Below, piece by piece: positions 43,871 to 52,651 of a stretch of 64,000 nucleotides of DNA. The DNA comes from an uncultured Saccharicrinis sp. (GTDB lineage Bacteria; Bacteroidota; Bacteroidia; Bacteroidales; Marinilabiliaceae): positions 4,518,082 through 4,582,081 of the forward strand of contig OY776216.1 of the NCBI GenBank assembly GCA_963675435.1, in the 5' to 3' direction. The first letter of the stretch is position 1, and each line of letters begins with the position of its first letter. The position numbers were made by a program, and so were the translations under genes. The notes under the pieces are model-generated. The model did not search any database. It had not been told where the DNA came from and was given only the letters and a program-made list of their open reading frames with translations.

Positions 43871-45406
43871 ATGATAAGTATGTATACAAAACAAGAAATA
43901 ATAATAAAAAGCTATCGAGAAGGGAAAAGTCAACGTTCTATATCTCGCACCTTACAGATAAGCAGAAAAACCGTAAAGAAGTACATAACAGAGTATGAAA
44001 AAAAGCTTTCAGAATCAGAGGATAAAGAAACAGTAAGTGCCAATTATCTATCGACAGTACCAAAATATAAAAGCCGCTCTCTACACAGGAGAAAACTAAC
44101 CCAAGAAGTACAAGACGAAATAGATAAACTACTTGAAGTCAACCGGGAGAAAAAGCTTCAAGGTTTACGAAAGCAGGTACTTAAAAAGGCAGATATATTT
44201 CAGCAATTGCAATTACAGGGTTTTGAGATTGGCTATACAACTGTTTGCAACTATATCCGCTCAAAAGAAAAATCATCTTCTCCCAAAGAAGCTTTTATTC
44301 GACAAGTATATAGTCCGGGCAGTATTTGTGAATTTGATTGGGGCGAAATAAAACTTCGTATCAACGGCAAACAAGAGCGCTTCCAATTAGCAGTTTTCAC
44401 CAGTGCTTACAGCAACTATCGTCATGCCGTGCTATATTATCGTCAAGATACACTTGCGTTTATGGAAGCCCACGTATCTTTTTTCAATAAAACAAACGGC
44501 GTTTATGAGCAAATGGTTTATGACAACATGCGGGTTGCCGTGGCAAAATTTATTGGTCCTCACGAAAAAGAACCAACACGGGCTTTGCTTCAATTACGAG
44601 GTCATTACCAGTTTACTCATCGTTTTTGTAATGCTTACCGAGGCAACGAAAAAGGGCATGTGGAAAGAAGTGTTGAATACATCCGACGGAAAGCTTTTGG
44701 TGTAAAGGATGATTTCAACAGGCTTTCAGAAGCCGCAGAATATTTAAACACCATTCTGGAACGATTAAATAATACCAAACAAAAACAAAGTGGCAAAACA
44801 GCTTTAGAACTGTTTGAAGATGAGAAAGTGGTATTAGGGAAATTACCGGCTGTACCGCTTGTCTGTTCAGACCAAATACAATTGCGCGCCGACAAATATG
44901 CAACAATCAGTCATAAAACCAATAGGTATTCGGTACCGGACCATCTGGTAGGTCAATTTCTAGATGTTCATTTATTGAGTCACGAAATACATGTTTATCA
45001 TGAAAATAAAAAGATAGCCATACACACCAGAAATTACGGCAAGCACCAATGGATAATCTCTATAGAGCATTATTTGAACACTTTCAAGCAAAAGCCGGGA
45101 GCTTTGCCGGGTAGTTTGGCATTAGCAAGCAACGTATATTTAAAACAGCTCTTTTTAGACCATTTTCAAGAAGAACCACGAAACTTTATTGACCTGTTAG
45201 ATTATTGTCGTAAGTACCGCATAAGCGGCGAAAAACTGGAGAAATCGGTATTTCGATTACTGAGTACCGGTTCCGGTGGTATTACTATAGAAAAACTAAA
45301 AGCTGTATTGGGCAATAATGAATCATTTATTACACCCGAACAAAACTGTTCCATTGCTCAATTAGCAAAAAATCAATTGTCGGAAATAAGTGCATTAATG
45401 AATTAA
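43871..45406 (+). CDS. istA: IS21-family transposase IstA
   Basis: 511 aa with an N-terminal HTH (GKSQRSISRTLQISRKTVKKY) and a DDE core. Confidence 0.88.
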   Translation: MISMYTKQEIIIKSYREGKSQRSISRTLQISRKTVKKYITEYEKKLSESEDKETVSANYLSTVPKYKSRSLHRRKLTQEVQDEIDKLLEVNREKKLQGLRKQVLKKADIFQQLQLQGFEIGYTTVCNYIRSKEKSSSPKEAFIRQVYSPGSICEFDWGEIKLRINGKQERFQLAVFTSAYSNYRHAVLYYRQDTLAFMEAHVSFFNKTNGVYEQMVYDNMRVAVAKFIGPHEKEPTRALLQLRGHYQFTHRFCNAYRGNEKGHVERSVEYIRRKAFGVKDDFNRLSEAAEYLNTILERLNNTKQKQSGKTALELFEDEKVVLGKLPAVPLVCSDQIQLRADKYATISHKTNRYSVPDHLVGQFLDVHLLSHEIHVYHENKKIAIHTRNYGKHQWIISIEHYLNTFKQKPGALPGSLALASNVYLKQLFLDHFQEEPRNFIDLLDYCRKYRISGEKLEKSVFRLLSTGSGGITIEKLKAVLGNNESFITPEQNCSIAQLAKNQLSEISALMN

Positions 45407-45414
45407 AAAATAAG

Positions 45415-46170
45415 ATGATGAATACCATAAATGAAGATATAATCAAATACAGTAAAGAGTTACGGCTACCTGTTTTCAGAAGAGATTTTAAAGAGTTAGC
45501 CACAGAAGCAGCAAGCGGACAACTGGATTATGAAGAGTACTTGTTAAAGCTGATGGAGCGAGAGTATGAATTGCGTATAGAAAATCGAAAAAAGACGCAA
45601 ATACGTCTAGCTGGCTTTCCATCCAAGATGTACCTGAATCAACTGGAACGAGAACAGTTGCCCGATGATGCTCGCGCAAAACTCCCGGTATTAGAACGAC
45701 TTGATTTTATAAACTCTGGTCAAAATATCATACTGGCCGGTAATCCTGGCACCGGGAAAACTCACATCGCTATTGGTTTGGGCTTAAAAGCATGCCTTCA
45801 GGGATACCGTGTCCTCTTCACCTCTGTTCATCGGATGTTGACCCAATTAAGAGAATCTCAATCAGAAAGGACTTTGCGTCAATTAGAGCTCCGTTTTGAA
45901 AAGTATGATTTAGTAATCTGTGATGAATTTGGCTATGTATCATTTGATAAAACCGGAGCCGAATTACTATTCAATCATTTATCACTAAGAGCAGGTAGAA
46001 AGTCTACCATAATAACAACAAACTTGGGCTTTGACCGCTGGGAAGAAATCTTTGGAGATGCCGTTTTAACAGCTGCACTAGTCGATAGATTAACTCACAA
46101 AGCCCATTTGGTAAACATGAACGGCGAATCATACCGATTAAAAGAAACAAAAAAAATCTTAGCTAAGTAA
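45415..46170 (+). CDS. istB: IS21-family ATP-binding helper IstB
   Basis: 251 aa with Walker A GNPGTGKTH and Walker B LVICDEFGY. Confidence 0.9.
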   Translation: MMNTINEDIIKYSKELRLPVFRRDFKELATEAASGQLDYEEYLLKLMEREYELRIENRKKTQIRLAGFPSKMYLNQLEREQLPDDARAKLPVLERLDFINSGQNIILAGNPGTGKTHIAIGLGLKACLQGYRVLFTSVHRMLTQLRESQSERTLRQLELRFEKYDLVICDEFGYVSFDKTGAELLFNHLSLRAGRKSTIITTNLGFDRWEEIFGDAVLTAALVDRLTHKAHLVNMNGESYRLKETKKILAK

Positions 46171-46407
46171 AAATGAAACTTATAAAAAATCGTTCCCCGG
46201 TTCCTCTCCTGATTGGGGTACCCCAATCAGGAGAGGAATACCTTTGTCTTTTAAATCAAATGGTATACTTTTGAACTGAAATACTGGTATACTTTTCAAT
46301 TGAAAAAAACAACCTATTGATAAATCGGGTTATTATTTTGGTTCAATAGCTGAGGCTTATATAGAACTTGCTAAAGAAATGAAATATTCATTTTATTTAG
46401 GACAGAT

Positions 46408-46725
46408 GTGATATTACCTCAATATTATAAGGAGTATAAACCAAAGAACTATCTGTTTGAGGGACAGATTGGAGGTCCTTATTCAGCAGGAAGTGCCGGA
46501 AAAGTATTAAAAAGGGCTATAGCTAAGAGCGGCGTACAGCAACGAGGAGGTTTACATTCATTACGTCATAGCTTTGCCACACATTTATTGGAATCAGGCA
46601 CGGATTTGCGCTATATACAAGAACTATTAGGACATAACTCCTCAAAAACCACTGAAATATATACTCACGTGAGCAATAAATATTTACAACAGATTAAAAG
46701 TCCACTAGACGACTTAAATGTTTAA
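46408..46725 (+). pseudogene. 5'-truncated tyrosine recombinase (only the last ~105 codons; Xer-like, paralogous to 56023-56850)
   Basis: Contains [16 protein letters not shown] and the TEIYTHV catalytic Tyr region, and ends IKSPLDDL. An in-frame stop lies 12 codons upstream, and no N-terminal or core-binding domain is present. Confidence 0.8.
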
Positions 46726-46840
46726 AAAATAAATTATATTAGCTAGCAAAAATACATAAGACATAATAAAAATAACCGAAATACTATGTCGATTATTGAA
46801 ATAATTGACATAGTACTTCGGTTAGAAAGTAGTTAGCAAC
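46726..46840 (+). other. Candidate attI-like junction region: 46-bp hairpin (46776-46821), then GTTAGAAAG and GTTAGCAAC boxes
   Basis: CCGAAATACTATGTC-loop-GACATAGTACTTCGG. GTTAGCAAC (46832-46840) is the exact reverse complement of GTTGCTAAC at 52843-52851. Confidence 0.45.
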
Positions 46841-47185
46841 AAGGCCACTAAAGAAATAACGTAAGAGTAATTAAGGAGAATTTATTTTGTTTTTTGCCCT
46901 CACGTCTTTTCAACTAGAGCCAGCCCACAACCAGCACATTTGCAAATCGCACAACCCGACCCACAACCAAAATTTGCAAAAGAGCTGTTTTCCACCCACA
47001 ATAATATTTTTAAGGGATATCATTTTTTACTAGGACAACATTTGGCAGTCCTCCAAAGTAGCTTTGTGATTATTAATCATTTTAAATTTATAAGTATGAA
47101 AGATTTTAATAAATCATTGGCTACAGATTTGACTATTACTCAAAGTAAAGATTTTCGCTTATTTAATAAAACTATTGATGACACA

Positions 47186-48151
47186 ATGTTTGTAAGTCAG
47201 ATTATTAAATGCGTGAAGCAAATGTTATTAACTTTACTTTTTTCATTATTTACATTAAGTATTCAGGCTCATGAGTTGAGCATTAATTTAACCGAAAGCG
47301 GCACATTAGGAAGTGTAATTCAGGCTGAAGATAACGGCTATATTGATATTACAGATTTAACTATTTCAGGTCCAATGAATGCAAAGGATTTTGGTTGGAT
47401 AAAAAGAACAATTAGAACTTTGTGGTACTTGGATATTTCAAATGTCACAATTGAATCGGTATCAACTATCTTGGGTACAGATTATGGAACTTCAAGAACC
47501 TATCCTGCTAACGAAATACCTACATTAGCATTTGAAAACTCAGTTCTTGTTTCAATTAAATTACCAACCTCATTAAAATCGATTGGAGAAAAGGCATTTA
47601 ATGTATGCCGAGAACTGACGAGTATTGATTTAGAAAATACAAAGATTGAAACTCTGACTAAATTCTCAATAACAAATTCACATGAAATAGAAAATCTGAC
47701 AATGCCGGAGACTTTAAGGCAAGTTAATTATAGAGCATTAGCAGGTGTCACATTAAATACGTTAACTCTGAATTCCGAATTAGAATTAATAAAATCCGGA
47801 GCTTTTTATACGTGTTATTTGCAAAAAATAGTAATTTCAAAAGCCATTTCAGTTGAGATAACGACAGAGTTGCCATTTGAAGACGGAACAGAAGGATCAA
47901 ATACATTGGAAATAATAGCAAATTCTGAAGATATATTGGCTCACAGTTATTGGAGCACATTTGCGACAATAATCAATAATGACATCACAACAGATGTTCA
48001 TACTGTTAAATATGAAGAAAAAGCAGAAATAAAGGCAATTTATGATATGAATGGAAACAGTATGAGTATTGATTTAAACCAATTGCCTTGTGGTACATAC
48101 ATCATTGTGTATTCGGATGGACGTAAAGAAAAAGTATGTATTCAAAATTAA
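47186..48151 (+). CDS. BspA-type leucine-rich-repeat (LRR_5) protein with a T9SS-type C-terminal sorting domain
   Basis: The track ORF starts at TTG 46940 inside a palindromic repeat. Met at 47186 gives a signal peptide (MFVSQIIKCVKQMLLTLLFSLFTLSIQA). LRR units include IPTLAFENS...LKSIGEKAF. The C-terminal ...LPCGTYIIVYSDGRKEKVCIQN resembles a Por/T9SS CTD. Confidence 0.65.
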   Translation: MFVSQIIKCVKQMLLTLLFSLFTLSIQAHELSINLTESGTLGSVIQAEDNGYIDITDLTISGPMNAKDFGWIKRTIRTLWYLDISNVTIESVSTILGTDYGTSRTYPANEIPTLAFENSVLVSIKLPTSLKSIGEKAFNVCRELTSIDLENTKIETLTKFSITNSHEIENLTMPETLRQVNYRALAGVTLNTLTLNSELELIKSGAFYTCYLQKIVISKAISVEITTELPFEDGTEGSNTLEIIANSEDILAHSYWSTFATIINNDITTDVHTVKYEEKAEIKAIYDMNGNSMSIDLNQLPCGTYIIVYSDGRKEKVCIQN

Positions 48152-48163
48152 CTAGTAAAGGAA

Positions 48164-48412
48164 ATGACAAGATTTAAGTTTATGCTTGATGTTTGGATAA
48201 CTTTTTATTTTGAGAAAAAGTTTCATATCGGTCGAACAATTATAGAAAATGATATTGAAACAGTAGCCTGTGTTTCAGAAAGTGGAGATATAAAAATGAT
48301 TCGCTTTTCTCAAATCTGTAATCCAAAGCAACTGAAATTGCTAAAGGATATGAGCGTTTCAGATTATAAAGTTGATACAAGGGATATTGATTTTGATACG
48401 AATTCTAACTGA
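48164..48412 (+). CDS. Hypothetical protein
   Basis: 82 aa ORF starting 12 bp after the LRR gene. No recognisable motif. Confidence 0.4.
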   Translation: MTRFKFMLDVWITFYFEKKFHIGRTIIENDIETVACVSESGDIKMIRFSQICNPKQLKLLKDMSVSDYKVDTRDIDFDTNSN

Positions 48413-48448
48413 ATAAATGTTCGTTAATAATTAATACATCAATTACAG

Positions 48449-49357
48449 ATGATAGAAAATAGTAGCTTAACCAAGTTGATGCGTTGCAAAATAATAATTG
48501 AGGAAGTTGAAAAAGGCACTTATCCTACCGGAGAATATTTGCTCGATAGAATTGCTCGTTGGCTTGAAGGTTTTAAAGAGCTAATTCCTGATATAAAAAC
48601 AGAAATTTCAGAAAGGACACTAAGCAGAGATCGAAAAAATATTAAGGAGATTTTCAATATTGATATTAGCTACGATACAAAGCGAAAAGGCTATTATATT
48701 GGTGAGACCTATAATAAAAGCGATCGGATATTAAGAGCATTGGATGCAATACACGTTTTCTTCATTCAAAAAAACATACCAAATGCTAATAAACACATCC
48801 GGTTTGCGCCTCGTCAAGCTTCAGGTTCGGAACATTTTTTTCATATTCTGAAAGCCATTGAGGATAAAAAGAAGGTTCAGTTTTTTTACGAGCAATACGA
48901 AAAGCAAGAGGAAACACAACGAAGTGTATCTCCATTAGGCTTAAAAGAGTTTAAAGGCTTTTGGTATATGATTGCAGAAGACGAGAAAGGCATAAAAACA
49001 TTTGGTTTAGATCGAATCAAAGGCTTGAATATCACTTTAGAAAATGCGGTTTCCCGAAAGGGTTTTAATATTGACGAGTATTACAAGCATTGTTATGGAA
49101 TTGTTCGTTTACCAAATGACGAACCTCAGGAAATAATTATAAAAACCACTGCGATAAAAGCTAAATACTACAAGGCAAATAAACTGCATACATCTCAAAA
49201 TATAATAAAGACGCAAAACGATGACCAATACCCATATACAATTACGCTACACATGTATCTTACATACGATCTTCAACAAGAATTACGTTCGCATGGAGAG
49301 AAAGAGTTAAAAGTTATACAACCGGAGAATGCTCTGGAGAATGAAAGATATTTTTAA
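48449..49357 (+). CDS. HTH-WYL-domain transcriptional regulator (BrxR/CapW/PafBC-like architecture)
   Basis: 302 aa. N-terminal wHTH-like region (ISERTLSRDRKNIKEIF.IDISYD.KRKGYY). Central WYL-type beta-barrel (V.FFYEQY....QRSVSPLGLKEFKGFWYMIAED). C-terminal extension. Confidence 0.7.
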   Translation: MIENSSLTKLMRCKIIIEEVEKGTYPTGEYLLDRIARWLEGFKELIPDIKTEISERTLSRDRKNIKEIFNIDISYDTKRKGYYIGETYNKSDRILRALDAIHVFFIQKNIPNANKHIRFAPRQASGSEHFFHILKAIEDKKKVQFFYEQYEKQEETQRSVSPLGLKEFKGFWYMIAEDEKGIKTFGLDRIKGLNITLENAVSRKGFNIDEYYKHCYGIVRLPNDEPQEIIIKTTAIKAKYYKANKLHTSQNIIKTQNDDQYPYTITLHMYLTYDLQQELRSHGEKELKVIQPENALENERYF

Positions 49358-49389
49358 TGATTAGAAACTTATAAACTAATCTGAGTAAT

Positions 49390-50445
49390 ATGAAAATAGA
49401 AGAATTTAAAACATGGATGAAAGAATTTTGCGATTTTAATGATACTACAATAAATAATAGAATTTCAAATTGTCGAAAAGTAGAAAGTTGTTATGGCGAT
49501 TTGGAAGACCTTTATTGCAAAGATGGATGTACCAAGATTATAACTGCTCTGACATACTCGACCAAAGATGAAAAAGAAAACCTACCACCGAAGCATATTA
49601 TACCTATTGACGGAAATATAAGGAATGGATCAGCAACATTAAAAAGTGCTGTTAAACTGTATGTAGAGTTTGAAGAAGATTTTTCTGCTAAAGAGGAAAA
49701 AGAAAATGAGTTGATTGATGAGATGTTCGTTGAAGAGGTAGAAGATAAAATTGAGGATAAGAGCGATATGAAGAATGGTTTTAATAGTTTATTTGACCTA
49801 ATAAATACTTCAGAAGATGAATTTATTCGATTTTTTATTAAGAATACCCTTTTTATATCACCTGAGTACGTTGAAAATCAAGTGCAAGAACTTCATCAAC
49901 AGATTGAAAATGGAGAAAAGATACCGGTTCGATTTTCTTTAAAGATGAAAGAACATTTTAAGGCGACTGGCAAATATGTAAGCACCATTAAGAATCGAAA
50001 AGATGCGGTTAATATTAGTAGAGAATTTGATATTTATAGTAAAAGAAGATCAGGTGTAAAGGTGAAATTTGACTCTACCGGAAATAAATCTGTTGTCGAC
50101 GCTATTGAAAAATATACAAAATGTAGGGTAAGCACTTCTCAAAGTCACATAATAAACTACTCAATATCTCATGTTTGGGCACAAACTTTTGATCCGTTTT
50201 TCTTTTCATCTTTATGGAACATTGTATTAGTTCCAAGTTATTTAAATCCTATAATGGATAAACCTAAACATCAGCAAAAACTAAATGGTGAAATTCAAGG
50301 GCTAATAAAAGCCATTTGTAATGAATTGTATAATCCAAATGAGCTTTTGAATGATTCGTTGATTGAGATGGAGTCTGCAGTTATTTGTAAAAAAGCTAAA
50401 GAAATCATAGCAGAGGGATTAATTAATTATATAGATCTTAACTAA
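49390..50445 (+). CDS. Hypothetical protein with a C-terminal degenerate HNH (HNH_2/PF13391-like) nuclease motif
   Basis: 351 aa. SISHVWAQTFDP...LWNIVLVPSYLNPIMD resembles the HI.Pw...NgllL....fD pattern. The middle is acidic. The domain call is from memory of the family pattern only. Confidence 0.45.
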   Translation: MKIEEFKTWMKEFCDFNDTTINNRISNCRKVESCYGDLEDLYCKDGCTKIITALTYSTKDEKENLPPKHIIPIDGNIRNGSATLKSAVKLYVEFEEDFSAKEEKENELIDEMFVEEVEDKIEDKSDMKNGFNSLFDLINTSEDEFIRFFIKNTLFISPEYVENQVQELHQQIENGEKIPVRFSLKMKEHFKATGKYVSTIKNRKDAVNISREFDIYSKRRSGVKVKFDSTGNKSVVDAIEKYTKCRVSTSQSHIINYSISHVWAQTFDPFFFSSLWNIVLVPSYLNPIMDKPKHQQKLNGEIQGLIKAICNELYNPNELLNDSLIEMESAVICKKAKEIIAEGLINYIDLN

Positions 50446-50456
50446 GAAGAAACATA

Positions 50457-50870
50457 ATGGCAAAAATGTATAAGGTGAGGGTTAAAGGAACTGCTCAACT
50501 AAATGGCCCTGTAAAAGTAGACAAGACAGTTGAAATGGAAGAGCAGATGGCAATACGATTTAACGGAGCTGATCGTTATTCAGTAATTGAGTCATTTGTG
50601 CAGACTCATTACCCTGGAGTACAAATACCAAGCATTAGAGGTTTTGGTGCAGAAGTAACCCCTATAAAGGAAGCAAAAACTCCAAAGTCAAGAAAAGCAA
50701 AATCTAAATCTAAATCATCAAGAAGTACTCCATCAACAAAAGGGTTAAGCACTAAAAAGTTAATAGGTGGTGCTATTGTGGCAGCAGTTGTTGCTCCAAT
50801 AGTAAAAGAGGTCATTGGTGATGTAATTGATGAAGTAAAGGATGTACTAAAAAAAGCTAAGAAAAAATGA
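50457..50870 (+). CDS. Hypothetical small protein (globular N-domain, Lys/Ser-rich linker, hydrophobic/amphipathic C-terminus)
   Basis: 137 aa, 11 bp after the previous stop. Its stop overlaps the next start (ATGA). Confidence 0.45.
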   Translation: MAKMYKVRVKGTAQLNGPVKVDKTVEMEEQMAIRFNGADRYSVIESFVQTHYPGVQIPSIRGFGAEVTPIKEAKTPKSRKAKSKSKSSRSTPSTKGLSTKKLIGGAIVAAVVAPIVKEVIGDVIDEVKDVLKKAKKK

Positions 50871-51727
50871 TAAAACTAAAGCAAAGCTTATCCAAGATAG
50901 ATAAGGATAAGATTAAAGAATCTGCGATTGTTTTTTTATCTAATCTCAAAGAGAAGGTAAGTATTCAAGATTTAGAAAAAGTAAATAATTTTTTACCAAA
51001 TATGAATAAAGGGGTATTACAGGAGGTTTGGACAAATGTTGGTGATTTGTGGGCTTATGTAAATAATAAGGAAATTTCAATTGTTGAGAAAACTCTTCCT
51101 CTTGCAGCTTTAGTATATGTCATTAGTCCAATAGATACGATTCCTGATGGAGTCCCAATTGCTGGTTTGATCGATGATGCTTCAATTATATCTTTTATTT
51201 GTGCTTCAATTGCTTCAAAATTAGCTATTGTAAATTCAAATGACTCTTCAATAGAAAACGTAAATAACCTTATGAGTATTGAGGGGAATATCGGAATTTC
51301 AAATCCTAAGGAGAAATTAAATGTATTAACTTCTATTTTAACTCATGCTGCATATGCTGATGGAGAAATGAGTTCTATAGAAGAAGAAAAGCTTAGAGAA
51401 ATAGTAGATTTTTTTGTTTTTTCTGAAGAAGGTTGGTTTTCTACACATGAGGATTTTAATAAGGAAGAAATCTGTGTAATAATTGAGAAAACAATAAAAC
51501 AACCTCTTTCATTGAAGCAAATAATTGAGTTTGTAAATAATGTTAATGAAGATGAAGAGCAATGGTATTTTTATGCTTATGCAGTAGTAGCTTGTGATGA
51601 TGAAATTAATGCATCAGAGAGAGATTTCTTAGATCTTTTTGCCGAAAAACTTAATATTTCCAAGTTTGATGTTAGCAATATTGAAAGGAGCTTTGAAGAA
51701 GTTTGGACAATTACTGTAGAAGATTAA
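50867..51727 (+). CDS. DUF1232 (YkvA-like) membrane domain fused to a TerB-like domain
   Basis: 286 aa. SPIDTIPDGVPIAGLIDD is the DUF1232 signature. HAAYADGEMSSIEEEKL and VACDDEINASERDFL look like TerB/DjlA-N repeats. Confidence 0.6.
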   Translation: MIKLKQSLSKIDKDKIKESAIVFLSNLKEKVSIQDLEKVNNFLPNMNKGVLQEVWTNVGDLWAYVNNKEISIVEKTLPLAALVYVISPIDTIPDGVPIAGLIDDASIISFICASIASKLAIVNSNDSSIENVNNLMSIEGNIGISNPKEKLNVLTSILTHAAYADGEMSSIEEEKLREIVDFFVFSEEGWFSTHEDFNKEEICVIIEKTIKQPLSLKQIIEFVNNVNEDEEQWYFYAYAVVACDDEINASERDFLDLFAEKLNISKFDVSNIERSFEEVWTITVED

Positions 51728-51779
51728 TAATTCTGTTAATTTTAAGAGCGTTTTGTTCTAAATGATTGCAATTCTGCTT

Positions 51780-51968
51780 TAAGGAATATACAAGTATTAT
51801 TAAGGAGGAAGTGTATGGCTATAAGGAACAGAAAAGCAATCGTAAGGAACGCATGGGACACTTTAAGGAATGGAAGGGTAGCCTTAAGTAGTACAAGGGG
51901 AACCATAAGGAATGGGAAAACAACTGTAAGGAATTAACGAGCACCTTTAAGGAGGTGATAAGTTTTAT
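51780..51968 (+). repeat. Nine exactly phased 21-bp units, each starting TAAGGA(A/G) (one TAAGTAG)
   Basis: Unit starts at 51780, 51801, 51822, 51843, 51864, 51885, 51906, 51927 and 51948. Only the heptamer is conserved. A 40-codon ORF (ATG 51815) runs through units 2-8. Confidence 0.85.
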
Positions 51969-51991
51969 TTTTTTTAACCTAAACCATTTTT

Positions 51992-52651
51992 ATGGCGACA
52001 AAAAGAACATTATCAGAAGCAGAAACTCTTGAAATGTACAGAGTAGCATTAGAAAATGCAGTAACACAACCCGAAATTTCTACAGTTATGGCAGAACTTG
52101 GATATGACTCAGCCTTAATTGAAGAAGGAAAAGCAACACTTACAAAAACAAGAAAAGCTTATGATGCTAATAAAGTAGAAGATGATGAAACATCAGTAGC
52201 TTATTCTACTTTCTCAAGTAAAAAAGAACATTTAGAAGACATCTTCTCTCTTCACCGTAAAAAAGCAAAAGTTGTTTTTCGCAATGACGCAACAACAATG
52301 GATAAATTGGCAATTACAGGTTCAATTCCACGTGCATACGTAAAGTGGTTAGAAACAGTAAAGAAGTTTTATAGTGTAGCATTAAGTGATGAGACAATCC
52401 AAACTAAGTTGGTTAGATTAAAGATTACAAAGAAAGACTTGACTGCTACAAACAAACTGATTTTAGAATTAGAAACAGCACGAGCAGAATATCAAAAAGA
52501 AAAGGGAGAGTCACAAAATGCCACAAAAGCAAAAGATGCAGCATTCGCTGAAATTGATGATTGGATGAGCGAGTTTTATGCAGTTGCAAAGATTGCATTG
52601 GAAGATAGTCCACAACTATTAGAAGCCTTAGGAAAAACAGTAAAAAGCTAA
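51992..52651 (+). CDS. Hypothetical helical protein
   Basis: 219 aa, Lys/Glu/Ala-rich. No motif recognised. Confidence 0.45.
   Translation: MATKRTLSEAETLEMYRVALENAVTQPEISTVMAELGYDSALIEEGKATLTKTRKAYDANKVEDDETSVAYSTFSSKKEHLEDIFSLHRKKAKVVFRNDATTMDKLAITGSIPRAYVKWLETVKKFYSVALSDETIQTKLVRLKITKKDLTATNKLILELETARAEYQKEKGESQNATKAKDAAFAEIDDWMSEFYAVAKIALEDSPQLLEALGKTVKS

Larger units (their letters stand above)
43780..46311 (+). mobile_element. IS21-family insertion sequence, complete, with target-site duplication
   Basis: Ends are TGT...ACA. Repeated GTA(T/G)ACCA motifs sit at both ends (left 43800-43830, right 46261-46300), with inverted AATTGAAAAGTATACCA. Flanking direct repeat (CA)ACCTATT lies at 43771-43779 and 46310-46318. 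Confidence 0.85.

Noticed and set aside
48402-48435. TTCTAAC...GTTCGTTAATA after the 82-aa ORF as an attC boundary that would split the 6-kb cassette. TTCTAAC is complementary to GTTAGAA at 46821.
   Set aside because: The putative site is only about 30 bp with no paired inner arms, and a 7-bp match is weak. I kept it only as a remote possibility.
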